Shown here: one piece after another, positions 31,715-42,193 of the stretch | How the letters are laid out: every line of letters begins with the position of its first letter | How positions within the stretch are numbered: position 1 is the stretch's first letter | From: an uncultured Planctomycetaceae bacterium | GTDB lineage: Bacteria > Planctomycetota > Planctomycetia > Pirellulales > PALSA-1355 | DNA: 64,000 nt | Direction: 5' to 3' | NCBI GenBank assembly: GCA_963785305.1 | Contig: CAWAUV010000008.1 | Location: 1,440,001 to 1,504,000 of the forward strand | The notes under the pieces: model-generated | Database searches by the model: none | What the model saw: the letters and a program-made list of their open reading frames with translations, nothing else | What the model was told of the DNA's origin: nothing | Translations under genes and position numbers: made by a program

Positions 31715-34639
31715 TTACCACGGCTTCGCCTTGCGCACTCGCAGGATGAGAGGCAGGGAGACTTGGCTCTCGGCTTCCTTGGCCATGAGCTCGAAGGGGC
31801 GGTCTTGCTCAAGCACGGCGCGGCTGGCCGAGAGGCGGAGCGTGCGGTGGGTTTGGCCTTCGAGCAGTTGGATGCCATTGAGGCCGATGTCGTCGACGAT
31901 CACGCCGTGCGGCAAATTTTCGGCCTCGAAATTGATGATCCCATCGAAGCCGTTGCGCTCGACCGAGAGCTCGAAGGCGCTGCCGCCGCCGGGGGCGATC
32001 GTGAGCGAGCGCTCGGCGGGAAATTCGAGCTCGCCATCGACATCGCCCGTGGGCAAGTCCGGCCGCTCGCCGGGCGGGGCCAAACGCACTCTGATCTTCG
32101 GCGCCGGCGCGAGCTTCACTTTGTCGAGCGACGCCGAGCGGCGAACTTCGCGGTCGCCCAGCGTGGCCCGGCCTTCGATCCTCACCGCCCGCCAGTCGGC
32201 TTCGGTGAGCGATGGCGCCCAGGGATGCGCGAAGATCACGCCGCGGGCCATGCGATGCCCCGCTTCGATCACCAGCGGCGATGACGCCACGAAGCCCGGC
32301 GGCAATTCGCCGATCTCGACCTCGACCGGTCCGGAAAAATCATCGACCCGGTCCACCCGCACCGTGAGCGCTTTCCCGCCGCCGGCCGGAATCTTCAGAT
32401 CGCGCTCATCGACGCCGAGCGTGAAGTCGGGCCGCGGATGGCGGAGCGTGAGCTGGTAGTCGAACTTCTCGCCGCCAAAGCCGCGCATGTCGGACACGCG
32501 CGCGAGATACACGCCGTCGGCCGGCGCCGTGAATGTCAAGCGCGAGTCGAGCCCCAGCTTGCGACGGCCGTCGTCGTCGTTGTCGTAAAACAGCGAGAAG
32601 ACCGGCAGGCCGTTGTACGGCAATCGCGCGCCCACGGCATGGGGCACGACCACATAGGCTTTGACCCCCAGCGCGTGCGCCCGCGGGCTGGTGTCGAAGA
32701 ACGTGTGTCGTGGGCCGCTTTCGGGATAGAAGCTGGCGTCGGAATCGGGGCCTTGCCGCTGGCGAAAATGTTTGATTACCTCGCCTTCGAGATACACGAG
32801 ATCATCGAGCTCGATCTCTTCCCAGTTCGCGAGCCGCATCCCGCGGTCGTTCGAGTCCTCGCCGCGAAATTCGAGTTCCGAATCGCGCACTGCGCGGAGC
32901 CAAGCCCGCTCGATCGGTCGTCCGTCGGCCGAAAGCACTTCCAGGCGGCTATCGAGCAGCGAACCGGAGCGAGCGGCGTTGATTTCCAGAACCCAACGCT
33001 CGCCGGCCTTGGCCTCGAAGCGAAAGAGATCGGCGTCGCGCGGGGCCGATTCCGCCGAGCCGCCGGTGGGGCCGCTCGGGGCCGCGGGCTGAATGCGGCC
33101 GGTGGCCACGCACGGCGCCGCGAGCTTCGTGGCTTCGGCCGGAGTATCGTTCGGCTCGACTTCGGCCGCGCGCGGAAGTTGGTTATCGGCCGGCTGATCG
33201 GGATAGAAAACCGGTTTCTCGTGATCGGCCAGCGGCGCGGGCGGCGGGCCGGTATCGGCGCCGGCGCCGAGGGGATATGCGGCCAGCGTGCCATTGAGCC
33301 GGCCGACATGGAGCGTGGCGCCATCGGGCGAGATTGCGATCGCGGCGGGCCAATCGGGCTGCGGCTCCAGAACGCCCCGGAGCTCGAGCGACGCCGCGTC
33401 CCAAAGCTTGATGGTTTTGTCTTCGCTGGTCGACACGAGCAATCGGCCGTCGGGCGAATACGCGAGCTTGAGAATCGGGCCTTCGTGGGCAAAGCGCGAG
33501 ATCGCGAGCGAGTTTTCGTTTTCACGCGCCGCGGGCGTGATGTCGTAGGCGCGAATGCGATTGTCGACCCCGCCGGTCACCAGCCGACGCCCATCGGGGC
33601 TAAACGCCACGGCGTACAATTCCTTGAGCGACTGCGAGAGCGTGTCGAGCCGGGCGCCCGTGGCCAAGTCCCAGAGCTTGGCGGTGCGGTCGCCGCTCAC
33701 GCTCGCCAGCACGCGACCATCGGGCCGGATCGCGAGATCGTAGATCGCGTCGTTGTGACCCAAGAGGGTGTGAAGCTCGGCGCCGGTGGCGGTGTTCCAA
33801 AGTTTGATCTGTTGATCGTAGCCGGCCGTGGCCAGGAGCGCGCCATCGGGCGTGAGCACGGCGGCATGGAGACTATCGCGGTGGCCGCGAAATTCTCGCG
33901 CCAAGGTCCCTTCAGCCACGTTCCACAGCCGCGCTTCGCCGCAAATGCCCGGTTCGCCCGCGGCGCAGGCGAGCCACTTTCCATCGGCCGAAAATCGCGC
34001 GCTCGTCACGCGGCCAGCGCCGCGCTTTCAGCAGCCTTAGGGGCGCCGAGCGATTGCCGGCGGCAGGCAAGGCGCGGTCGAGCAGCTCGACATCGCCAAA
34101 CCGCGCGGCGGCCAGGATCGGCTCGGTCGGTGAGCAGGCTAGCGCTTCGATCGGCTCGGCGGTCGGATGCGTCACGGCGATCTTGGGCAGGACCAGGGCC
34201 GCGGAATCGGCCGCGGCGCCGGCGGCCGAGTCGAGCGCGCCGGCGTCGATCCAAGCGGCGATCGCGGCGATCTCCTCGGCCGCGGGTTTCGGCTCGTCGT
34301 CGGGCGGCATCGCCGGCTTGGCTTTGCCGGTGAGCACGCGAATGAGCAAGCTCGATTCGCTCGAGCGCGGCACGATCGCCGGGCCATGCTTGCCGCCCTG
34401 GAGCAGGCGGGCATGGGCGTCGAGCGAGAGCTGGCCTTCGCGCTCGGCGCCGGCGTGGCAAGCGCTGCAGTACTTGCGAAGGAGCGGCGCGACCGTCGTG
34501 TTGTAATCCGGCGCGTCGGCTCGGGCCGTGGCGACGCAGGCGAGCAACATCGCCCACCATGCGGCGCCGCGCAGGTCAGCGCCGCGCCGCGATCGTCGCG
34601 AGATGCCGAACCAAAGAGCCGGGTGGGTGCGAGACGCAT
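31715..34639 (-). CDS. Planctomycete cytochrome c domain + WD40 repeats + PPC/Ig-like domains (apparent frameshifts near 34565 and 34020)
   Basis: YCSACH haem motif with a downstream MPP, multiple GH...WD repeats, EVEPNDT...DADLFRF PPC motifs. Confidence 0.83.
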
Positions 34640-34640
34640 G

Positions 34641-37259
34641 TTAGTGATTGAACAAGAATTCCTTGCTGCTGAGCACTGCCCAATAAAGGTCTTCCATGCG
34701 CGCTCGCTTTTCTTCCTTGAGTCCCTGGCCGAGCATGGTCAGGAGCTGCGAGCGTTCGTCGTCGGTGGGCGAGCGCGAGAGCGCGGCGAGATAGAGATCG
34801 TCGATCCGCTCGGAGTCGCCGAGGTTGGCTTCCAGTTGTTTGTCGATTCGGTTGCCCTTGGCGGCGAGCTTGTGATTGATCGCATCGCCATTGCTGATGT
34901 GCAGGGCCTGGACCATCGTCGGCTGCGAGGATCGCTCGCATTCGCAGGTAATCTCGCGGGCCGGCCGGCCAAACGATTTGAAGAAATAGCTGTTCGCGTC
35001 GACATCGGCCAATTCCATGGCCCGCTTGCCGAGTGGAGCGTCCTTGAGATCGCTGTCGCCGTAGCGAACTTTGAACTGCGTGGGCACGCCGGTCACTTGC
35101 GAAAGCGCGTCGATCAAGGTCTCGGCCTTGAGTCGGCGCGGATAGTAATGCGAATAGAACCGCTCGTCGGAACGGCTTTCGGGGGCGGCTTGGCTCGACT
35201 GCTGATAGGCGCCCGATTGCAAGATGGCCCGCATCAGGGCTTTGAGGTCGTAGTGATTATCGACTAGGAATTGGGCGGTGGCGGCGAGCAATTGCTCGTT
35301 GCTGGCCGGATTCGTGAGCCGGAGATCGTCGACCTTTTCGACGAGTCCCACGCCGAAGAAGTTGGCCCAAATGCGATTGGTAATGGCTCGGGTGAAATAC
35401 GGATTCTCCGGCGCGGTGAGCCACCGGGCCATCGGAACGCGGCGATCTCGCGGATCGTCGAAGGCCAGCGGTTGGCCATCGAGCGGGCATGGCGGCTGGG
35501 GCTTGCCCTTGCTCGGCTGGATCAGCTCGCCGGTCGTGGCGGCGAACACGGTCCGCTTGCCATCGCCCGAGCGAACATCGCCGCCCCAGCCTTTGGCTTG
35601 CACGCGCGAGAAGAGATTGGCCATCGCATAGTATTGGTCGTTGGTCCATTTTTCGAGCGGATGGTTGTGGCACTTGGCGCAGTTGATGGTCATTCCCAGC
35701 ATCGAGGCGGCCACCGATTCGGAGATTTCGGTCGGGTCTTGATGGAGCGCGAAGAAGTTCGTCGCGCCGTTTTCCACCGTGCTACCCGAGGCCGTGAGCA
35801 GTTCGAAAGCGAACTTGTCCCACGGCAGGTTCCGAGCCACGCGGTCGCGAATCCATTGGTAATAGGCTTCGAGCGCCGCCGGTCGCAGCCGCTGGCCCGA
35901 GGCCAACAGCAAATCGCACCAGCGATAGCTCCAGTAGTCGACGAACTCGGTTCGGCCGAGCAACTGCTCGATGAGGCGATCGCGTTTGTCGGGCGCCGAA
36001 TCGGCTAAAAAGGCGCGGGTTTCCTCGACCGAGGGCAACATGCCGACGGTATCAATAAACGCGCGGCGGATAAATTCGCCGTCGTTGGCCGGCGCGGCGG
36101 GCGGCAGGTTCAAGCTTTCGAGTTTCGCGAGCACCAAGGTATCGATGAAGTTTTTCCGCGGAGCCGCGGCGAATCGCTCCGGTCGGGCCGCGCCGGGATA
36201 GGGCACGCTGAAGGAAGCGATGGCATTGAGGCTTTGATACCACGCGCTCACGGCCGCCTCGCCCCCGCCGACCACGGCGACCAAGCCTTGAGCGTCGACC
36301 GTGACGGCCGATTCATTGGTCGAACTGTATTTCGCCCACCGAGTCACATCTTCCATGTGCCCATCGGAAAATCGCGCGACCACGACCAGCGGTTGCGCCG
36401 CGCCGGGCGAGAGCCGCGAGTGGTCGGGCAGCACTTCCAGACGCGTGATCCTTGGGTCCGAGTCTTGTGGCGCCGGCGCTCCGGCGGCAAGCCACCGCGA
36501 GATGACTCGAAACTCGGGCGAGTTCGGCTCGAAGCGCACTCCACCCTTGTGCGGCGCGGCGCCGGTCGGCTTGGTGAGAAACAGGCTCCGGGCCGGCTCG
36601 GCGAGCGTCACCCGCCGCGCGCCGGCTTGCCGAGTGATCGCGGAATAATCGGCCTCGGCATCGAAACCGCGCAGACTGAGCTTGAAGCCGTGTTTGCCGG
36701 CGAAGGCGCCGTGGCAGGCGCCCGAATTGCATCCGCTCTTCGAAAGCACGGACTCGACATGGTTGCGAAAGCTCCAGACAAACGGCTGGCCCATGCCGGC
36801 GACCGTGACGTGGGCGGCGACCGCGCGGCCATCGACCACGGCCATGATCTCGGCGTCGCCATTGGCCACTGGCGCCGCGACGCCCGCTTCGACGCGCACA
36901 ATGCCCGGCTCGCTTGAGCCGAGCAAGGCGCCTTCCTCGACCGGGCCCAGATAGCCGCCGGAGCCCTTGCGCATCAGCAACAACCGCTGGCGCGCCTCGG
37001 GGCCGGTGAGTGAGAAGCTTCGCGGCAGCAGCGAGATTCCGGTCGACTCTTCGCGGCGCTCGGGCGGCGAGGGAGCATTGCCCGGGGCCGCGGCAGCTTC
37101 GACGCTGGCGGTTCCAGCGGCGGGAATGTCCGCCGCGCTGGCGATGACGCACTGCCCGGCGACGCCGATGCCAAGAGCGCCAGCGCGCAACGCGACCGCG
37201 AGTCGCGCGAAGCGACCGGCGTCGTCGTTCGGCCTGCTCGTTGCTTCAAAACAGTTCAT
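34641..37259 (-). CDS. DUF1549/DUF1553 (PSCyt2/PSD1) protein with Ig-like domains
   Basis: GCNSGACHG, NFIDTLV, EFIRRAFID, INCAKCHNHP, NPYFTRAITNRIW, PASNEQLL and a terminal EFLFNH. Confidence 0.9.
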   Translation of the reverse strand: MNCFEATSRPNDDAGRFARLAVALRAGALGIGVAGQCVIASAADIPAAGTASVEAAAAPGNAPSPPERREESTGISLLPRSFSLTGPEARQRLLLMRKGSGGYLGPVEEGALLGSSEPGIVRVEAGVAAPVANGDAEIMAVVDGRAVAAHVTVAGMGQPFVWSFRNHVESVLSKSGCNSGACHGAFAGKHGFKLSLRGFDAEADYSAITRQAGARRVTLAEPARSLFLTKPTGAAPHKGGVRFEPNSPEFRVISRWLAAGAPAPQDSDPRITRLEVLPDHSRLSPGAAQPLVVVARFSDGHMEDVTRWAKYSSTNESAVTVDAQGLVAVVGGGEAAVSAWYQSLNAIASFSVPYPGAARPERFAAAPRKNFIDTLVLAKLESLNLPPAAPANDGEFIRRAFIDTVGMLPSVEETRAFLADSAPDKRDRLIEQLLGRTEFVDYWSYRWCDLLLASGQRLRPAALEAYYQWIRDRVARNLPWDKFAFELLTASGSTVENGATNFFALHQDPTEISESVAASMLGMTINCAKCHNHPLEKWTNDQYYAMANLFSRVQAKGWGGDVRSGDGKRTVFAATTGELIQPSKGKPQPPCPLDGQPLAFDDPRDRRVPMARWLTAPENPYFTRAITNRIWANFFGVGLVEKVDDLRLTNPASNEQLLAATAQFLVDNHYDLKALMRAILQSGAYQQSSQAAPESRSDERFYSHYYPRRLKAETLIDALSQVTGVPTQFKVRYGDSDLKDAPLGKRAMELADVDANSYFFKSFGRPAREITCECERSSQPTMVQALHISNGDAINHKLAAKGNRIDKQLEANLGDSERIDDLYLAALSRSPTDDERSQLLTMLGQGLKEEKRARMEDLYWAVLSSKEFLFNH

Positions 37260-38623
37260 GAATCTCACGTTTGCCGTAGTCGACCAGCGGGAAGGGACGT
37301 CCGCCGGGGCCGGGAATCTTCGTTTCCAAGGGCAGGCCGAGACTGTGGAACACGGTGGCGGCCACTTCGGCCGGCTCGACCGGTCGCTCGGCCGGGGCGC
37401 CGCCGATCGCGTCGCTACGGCCCACGACCCGGCCGCCCTGCACTCCGCCGCCGGCGAAATAGATTGTCCAACACTGCGGCCAATGATCGCGTCCGCCGGC
37501 GGGGTTGATTCGCGGCGTGCGGCCGAATTCGCCCAGGTTGCAGACCAGCGTGTCGTCGAGCATGCCGCGCTCATGCAGGTCTTCGATCAGAGGCGCTGTA
37601 TGCCTGATCGTACATCGGCACGACGATATTCTTCATGCCGTCGATCGAGGTGAACGGCTTCGAGCCGTGGATATCCCAAGTGATTTCATTGAACACGGTG
37701 AGGAAGGTGTTCACGGTGACGAAACGCACGCCCGCCTCGATCAGCCGCCGCGCGAGCAGGCAGCATTGGCCAAAGCGATTGAGGCCATAGCGCTCGCGCA
37801 CGGCGACCGGTTCCTTGCTCAAGTCAAACGCGGCCCGGGCCTGGGGGCTTGTCATCAGGCGGAAGGCGGCGGCGAAGTTCGCATCGAGCAGCTTCGCGTT
37901 TTCGCTGGCTTCGAAGTCTTTGACCGTGTCGTCGACGATGGCCCGCAGGCGGCGGCGGCGCTCGAGCCGCGCTTCGCCGATCTCGGGCGGCGGCAAGAGG
38001 TCGGGCACCTTGAAGTTCGGCTTCGAGGGATCGGTCATCAGGGCAAACGGATCGTAGCCCTTGCCGAGAAATCCGGCGTCTTGGCCGTGCGACAGGCCGC
38101 CGCCGGTGTTGCCCATTGGCTCGGGCAGCAGCACATGGGCGGGCAGGTCGCTCCGCCGGCCGCGCAGGTATTCGACCACGCAGCCGGCATGCGGCGTGAC
38201 GACGCCGCCGCCGAAGAGCCGGCCGGTTTGCATCATCTGGTGGCCGGTGTCGTGAACGCCCGCCGCGGTGTGGAAGCAACTTCGCACGAGCGAAAACTTA
38301 TCGGCCAGCTTCGCGTGTCGCGGCAGGATTTCGGAAATCTGGATGTCGGGCGCGCTGGTCGAGATCGGTTTGTAGGGACCGCGAATTTCGGCCGGCGCGT
38401 CGGGCTTCATGTCGAAGAGATCGAGCTGGCTGGGCGCGCCGAGATTGAAGATCATGATCACCGAGCGGCGATCCTTTTCGCGATCCACCTCGCCGCGCGC
38501 CTTGGCGGCCATGAGCATCGGCAGCGAAAGGCCGACCGCGCCGAGGGCGCCGACTTGCAAAAAATCGCGCCGCGAGATTCCGTCGCAGGTATGAGCCACG
38601 CCGCGGCCAATAAGATTCAGCAT
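37246..38623 (-). CDS. DUF1501 protein with Tat-like signal (apparent frameshift near 37590)
   Basis: ISRRDFLQVG, GAPSQLDLFDMKPDAP, FGQCCLLARRLIEAGVRFV, WDIH, then GEFGRTPRIN...GRDHW in ORF 37246..37563. Confidence 0.9.
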
Positions 38624-38790
38624 CGCGGAAAACCTCCCGGTCGGGTGCGAGTCCAGGAAAGCGGCGAGACCGAGCCCCGCGAGGTTGCGAGGCCAAGGTG
38701 GGAGCGCGGCGGAACTAGATCAGTTTAGCAGTCGCCAAGGCCGTTTGGTATATGCGCCAAGGAACGGATCAAAAAAAGTCCGCGGCTAAA

Positions 38791-38886
38791 ACGCCCGCTT
38801 CCTGCTATCCGCGAAAAAGACCGGCTCTTCGTCGAAGGTCGTGATATCCGTAGAAGGAAGAGACACTTTGCGAGAGGACGTTTCTT
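38791..38886 (+). repeat. Degenerate direct repeat, copy 1 (left boundary of island)
   Basis: ACGCCC-N11-TCCGCGAAAAAGACCGGCTCTTCGTCGAAG...GAAGAGACACTTTGCGAGAGGACGTTTCTT matches 42085-42160 apart from a ~19-bp insertion. Confidence 0.75.
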
Positions 38887-39318
38887 CCGTTCTCAGAATA
38901 GCGACATCTAAAATAGCGGAATGTGCGCACCGGTTGCGGGCTTCAATTTTTCGAGGAAAATGAACCGATGAAAACAGCGCACGCTCGATCCCATTGACGG
39001 CCCACGAACGAAGCACGCGTTCGCGCTGATCGCGGCGCCGGAACCGGATCGTCCCGCGAGCGGACGTGCGCAAGACTTTGTCCAAGGCCACGCAAGAAAC
39101 ACGGGTCGGCGCCAGGCATGGGAGCACGCGCGCTTTTGCCGAAGAAGTCGGCGCAAGCCCCGCGAGCGTGCCGCGTGTTTGGCCGGCCAATAAGCTCACG
39201 CCGTAGCCGCGGCGCAAAGCGCCGCACAGCAAGGACCGCCCGAGTGTCCCCGAAATCAAGGGCTTGGCCCGCGCCATCCAAGACTTCGGACCCATCCCAT
39301 TTAGAAACGAAAGAGCCA

Positions 39319-40505
39319 TGAGATACCGCCCGATGATCAGCCTTTCGACGGCCGCGTTTCTTGCGATTTCTTGCCTCGCCGGAACCTTACTTTGCGGATG
39401 CGGACATTCGAGCACCGCCGCTCCCATGACTGCAACGGCCGAGGAACCCATCGTGACGTTAACTCCTCGCTGCGCATCAGAACTACGCCGGCTTATACAA
39501 CAGGATTCCCGGCGGCGTTATGTCCTGATTAACGTCAAAGCGGCGAACAACTGCAAGGAATTTCTGTACGAGATGGGATTCGCTGAATCGATCAATGACG
39601 GTGCTTCAGTTCTCGTAATGTCGAACGGATTAACTGTGGTTTTAGATAACGCTGTCGTTCCGTTTTTTAAAGGATCGAGTATCGACTACTTGAAAGATCA
39701 AGGCGGTTTCAAGTTCTCCAATCCCCATGAAGACGTTTCATTACTCCCGGAGTATCGAGCGAAGCGGGACGCGGAAGCACGGATCCGAACAAAAGAAAAA
39801 TTGCAAGCGGAGCGGGTTGATCCAGTGAAATCAGCTGCCGCGTTATTGACCCCACGGCGGCAGCATGCGTTCGATGAACTGCTGGTTTGGTGGAAGTTCA
39901 ATCAGCCCGAGGCCTTAAGTTCGCTGAAAGCTACAGTTGGCCGAGTCGATCAGTTTCAGGCGGCAGATGGTGAAGCCCTCACCGTTGTTTTCACCGGCGA
40001 GCCCGAGAAACAAAATGGCGGCCTTTATTTAATCAATGCCAAAGGCCGCCAGATTCCGATTTATCAGGGGCACAACTTGATCCGAGATAACCATCAGTTC
40101 GTGGACGTCAACGGAGATGGTATTCCGGAGATCGTTTGTGACGCGTCAATCGGCGCTTCGGGCGTCGATCCTCGGAAAATCGTTACCCAGGCCTCGTGCC
40201 TCTATATTATCCCCATTTCCTCAAAACAGGTTCCTCTTCTGCGCGTCGTATTCGACGCCCGGCATTTCGGCGCCGATCCGACGTGGCGATGGAAACTCGA
40301 GAAAAACGCGGCGGGATCGCTTGATGCCGTTATCGAACGGCAGGCGACGAATGAGTGGATTGATGTCGCTAGATTTGTTTGGTCGGCTGCCAAGTTAAGG
40401 TATGAAGGTCCCGTCGGATCGATAAAGGATGGATTCATCGCAAGTCCCGGACACATTGACGCAAAGACAATCGAACGCTTTATGAAACAAGCCGCATCGG
40501 AGTAA
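39319..40505 (+). CDS. Putative lipoprotein with N-terminal HesB/IscA-like domain and unknown C-terminal domain
   Basis: Lipobox LLCGC, then IVTLTPRCA...NNCKEFLYEMGF...VVLD...FFKGSSIDY...GFKFSNP (HesB-like), then a DVNGDGIPEI Ca-binding-like motif. AT-richer codon usage. Confidence 0.7.
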
Positions 40506-40676
40506 GTCGCGGGAGTCGTCAGGGCGCCGAAAAACATTGTCATCGTCGAGTTCGCGTTTTTTTGCAGATACGCGTGAGGTGGATCCCGTTTTTCGGACCA
40601 CGGGGATAGATGGAAAGCGGGCGGCGGATCGGGGAGAAAGGAGGCCTCGTGGAGGGAACCATTTAGGAGAGCAACG

Positions 40677-40970
40677 ATGCCTCGGAAGCGACGATTGTTC
40701 GATGGGTCTTTCAAGGCCAAGGTTGCCTTGGATGCGATGCGTGGCCTGAAGACGGTGAGTGAGCTGGCGGCGTTGCACAAGGTGCATCCGACGCAGATCG
40801 CGCTCTGGAAGAAGCAGCTCCAGGAGGGAGCGGCGGGCGTGTTCGAGTCGCCCTCGGCGAAGAAGGCGCCGACGGACGAGCCGAGCGCAGCGGAGCTTTA
40901 CGAGCAGATCGGTCGGCTGAAGATCGAACTGGATTGGCTCAAAAAAAAAGTGGCCGAGAACGGTGGCTGA
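40677..40970 (+). CDS. IS3 transposase OrfA (HTH)
   Basis: FKAKVAL...ELAALHKVHPTQIALWKKQL...LYEQIGRLKIELDWLKKK. Confidence 0.92.
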   Translation: MPRKRRLFDGSFKAKVALDAMRGLKTVSELAALHKVHPTQIALWKKQLQEGAAGVFESPSAKKAPTDEPSAAELYEQIGRLKIELDWLKKKVAENGG

Positions 40971-41802
40971 GCGGCGAAGCTGGATCGAGCCCGACGCCGG
41001 CGGCTTGAGCGTGCGTCGGCAGTGCGAGCTGTTGGGACTTCATCGGTCGAACCTCTATTACGAGCCCGTACCCGAGAGCGCCGACGAGCTACGGTTGATG
41101 CGTCTGATCGATGAAGAATATTTGCGGCATCCGCATCTGGGAAGCCGGGGCATGGTGCTGCATCTGGCGCGACAAGACGAGGTGGTGAATCGCAAGAAAA
41201 TGCAGCGATTGCTGCGGAAAATGGGCCTGCAGTCGCTGGCCCCGCGGCCGAACACGACCCGGCGGGCCGCTGGCCACAAGGTCTATCCGTATTTGTTGCG
41301 AGGCGTGGAGATCGTGCGTCCGAACCAGGTCTGGGCCTGCGACATCACCTATGTGCCGATGCGGCGTGGCTACTTGTACCTGACGGCCGTGATGGATTGG
41401 TTCAGCCGCTATGTGCTGGCCTGGCAGTTGTCGAACAGCATGGATGTCGAGTTCTGTCTGGAAGCGTTGGAAGGAGCGCTCCGTCATGGACGGCCGGAGA
41501 TATTCAACACCGACCAGGGCTCGCAGTTCACCAGCGGACAATTTACCGAGCGGCTGCAGCGGGAGTCGATCGCCATCAGCATGGACGGCAAAGGCCGAGC
41601 CATCGACAACGTGATGATCGAGCGGCTATGGCGAACGGTGAAATACGAGAACATCTACCTCAAGGAGTACACGACGGGAACCGATTGTCATGAAGGACTG
41701 AGCGCGTACTTTAACTATTACTGCCACGAGCGACCTCACCAGGGCCTGGCCAACCGCACGCCCTGGGAAACCTACCGCGGCAATCGTCGAACGCCTCGCT
41801 GA
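40963..41802 (+). CDS. IS3 transposase OrfB (DDE integrase core)
   Basis: LSVRRQCELLG, WACDITY, NTDQGSQF and DNVMIERLWRTVKYE. Confidence 0.93.
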   Translation: MAERRSWIEPDAGGLSVRRQCELLGLHRSNLYYEPVPESADELRLMRLIDEEYLRHPHLGSRGMVLHLARQDEVVNRKKMQRLLRKMGLQSLAPRPNTTRRAAGHKVYPYLLRGVEIVRPNQVWACDITYVPMRRGYLYLTAVMDWFSRYVLAWQLSNSMDVEFCLEALEGALRHGRPEIFNTDQGSQFTSGQFTERLQRESIAISMDGKGRAIDNVMIERLWRTVKYENIYLKEYTTGTDCHEGLSAYFNYYCHERPHQGLANRTPWETYRGNRRTPR

Positions 41803-42084
41803 CCACCATCTAAGAAACCCGCCCCCGTGGTCCGAAAAACGGGGTCCACCTCACGCGCTCGTTGAACCCAACTAATCGAGGGTAGTTTGTAGTTTGTCGT
41901 GAACTCGCTGTCTAACAACCCGAAGCTGCCAAGCGCGCTCGGTTTGCAGCAAGATTCAGTGTCGCCATCTCGGCGGATATCCGAAGCCTGGAGGCTCCAA
42001 CCCGGCTCATCCGGCGTTCGAGCCGCTGATCGAGCATCATGCATTTCCGACGCGCTTGTTCGGTCGCGCTTTCAGCCTGGCGAT

Positions 42085-42160
42085 ACGCCCTCTCCCCTCA
42101 CTCCGCGAAAAGACCGGTTCTCCGTCGAACGAAGAGGCGCTTTGCGAAAGGACGTTTCTT
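42085..42160 (+). repeat. Degenerate direct repeat, copy 2 (right boundary of island)
   Basis: ACGCCC-N11-TCCGCGAAAAGACCGGTTCTCCGTCGAACGAAGAGGCGCTTTGCGAAAGGACGTTTCTT. Confidence 0.75.
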
Positions 42161-42193
42161 GCGAGCCCATTTCGAGGGCGATCAGCCAGTCGC

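Larger units (their letters stand above)
40575..41853 (+). mobile_element. IS3-family insertion sequence, 1279 bp, apparently intact
   Basis: TG...CA ends, 31-bp TIRs (40575-40605 and 41823-41853, 30/31 match), 4-bp target duplication CGCG (40571-40574 and 41854-41857), orfA plus orfB. Confidence 0.96.

Noticed and set aside
41858..42044. Gene interrupted by the IS3 insertion
   Set aside because: In the frames I checked, rejoining the flanks gave only short ORFs without recognisable motifs.
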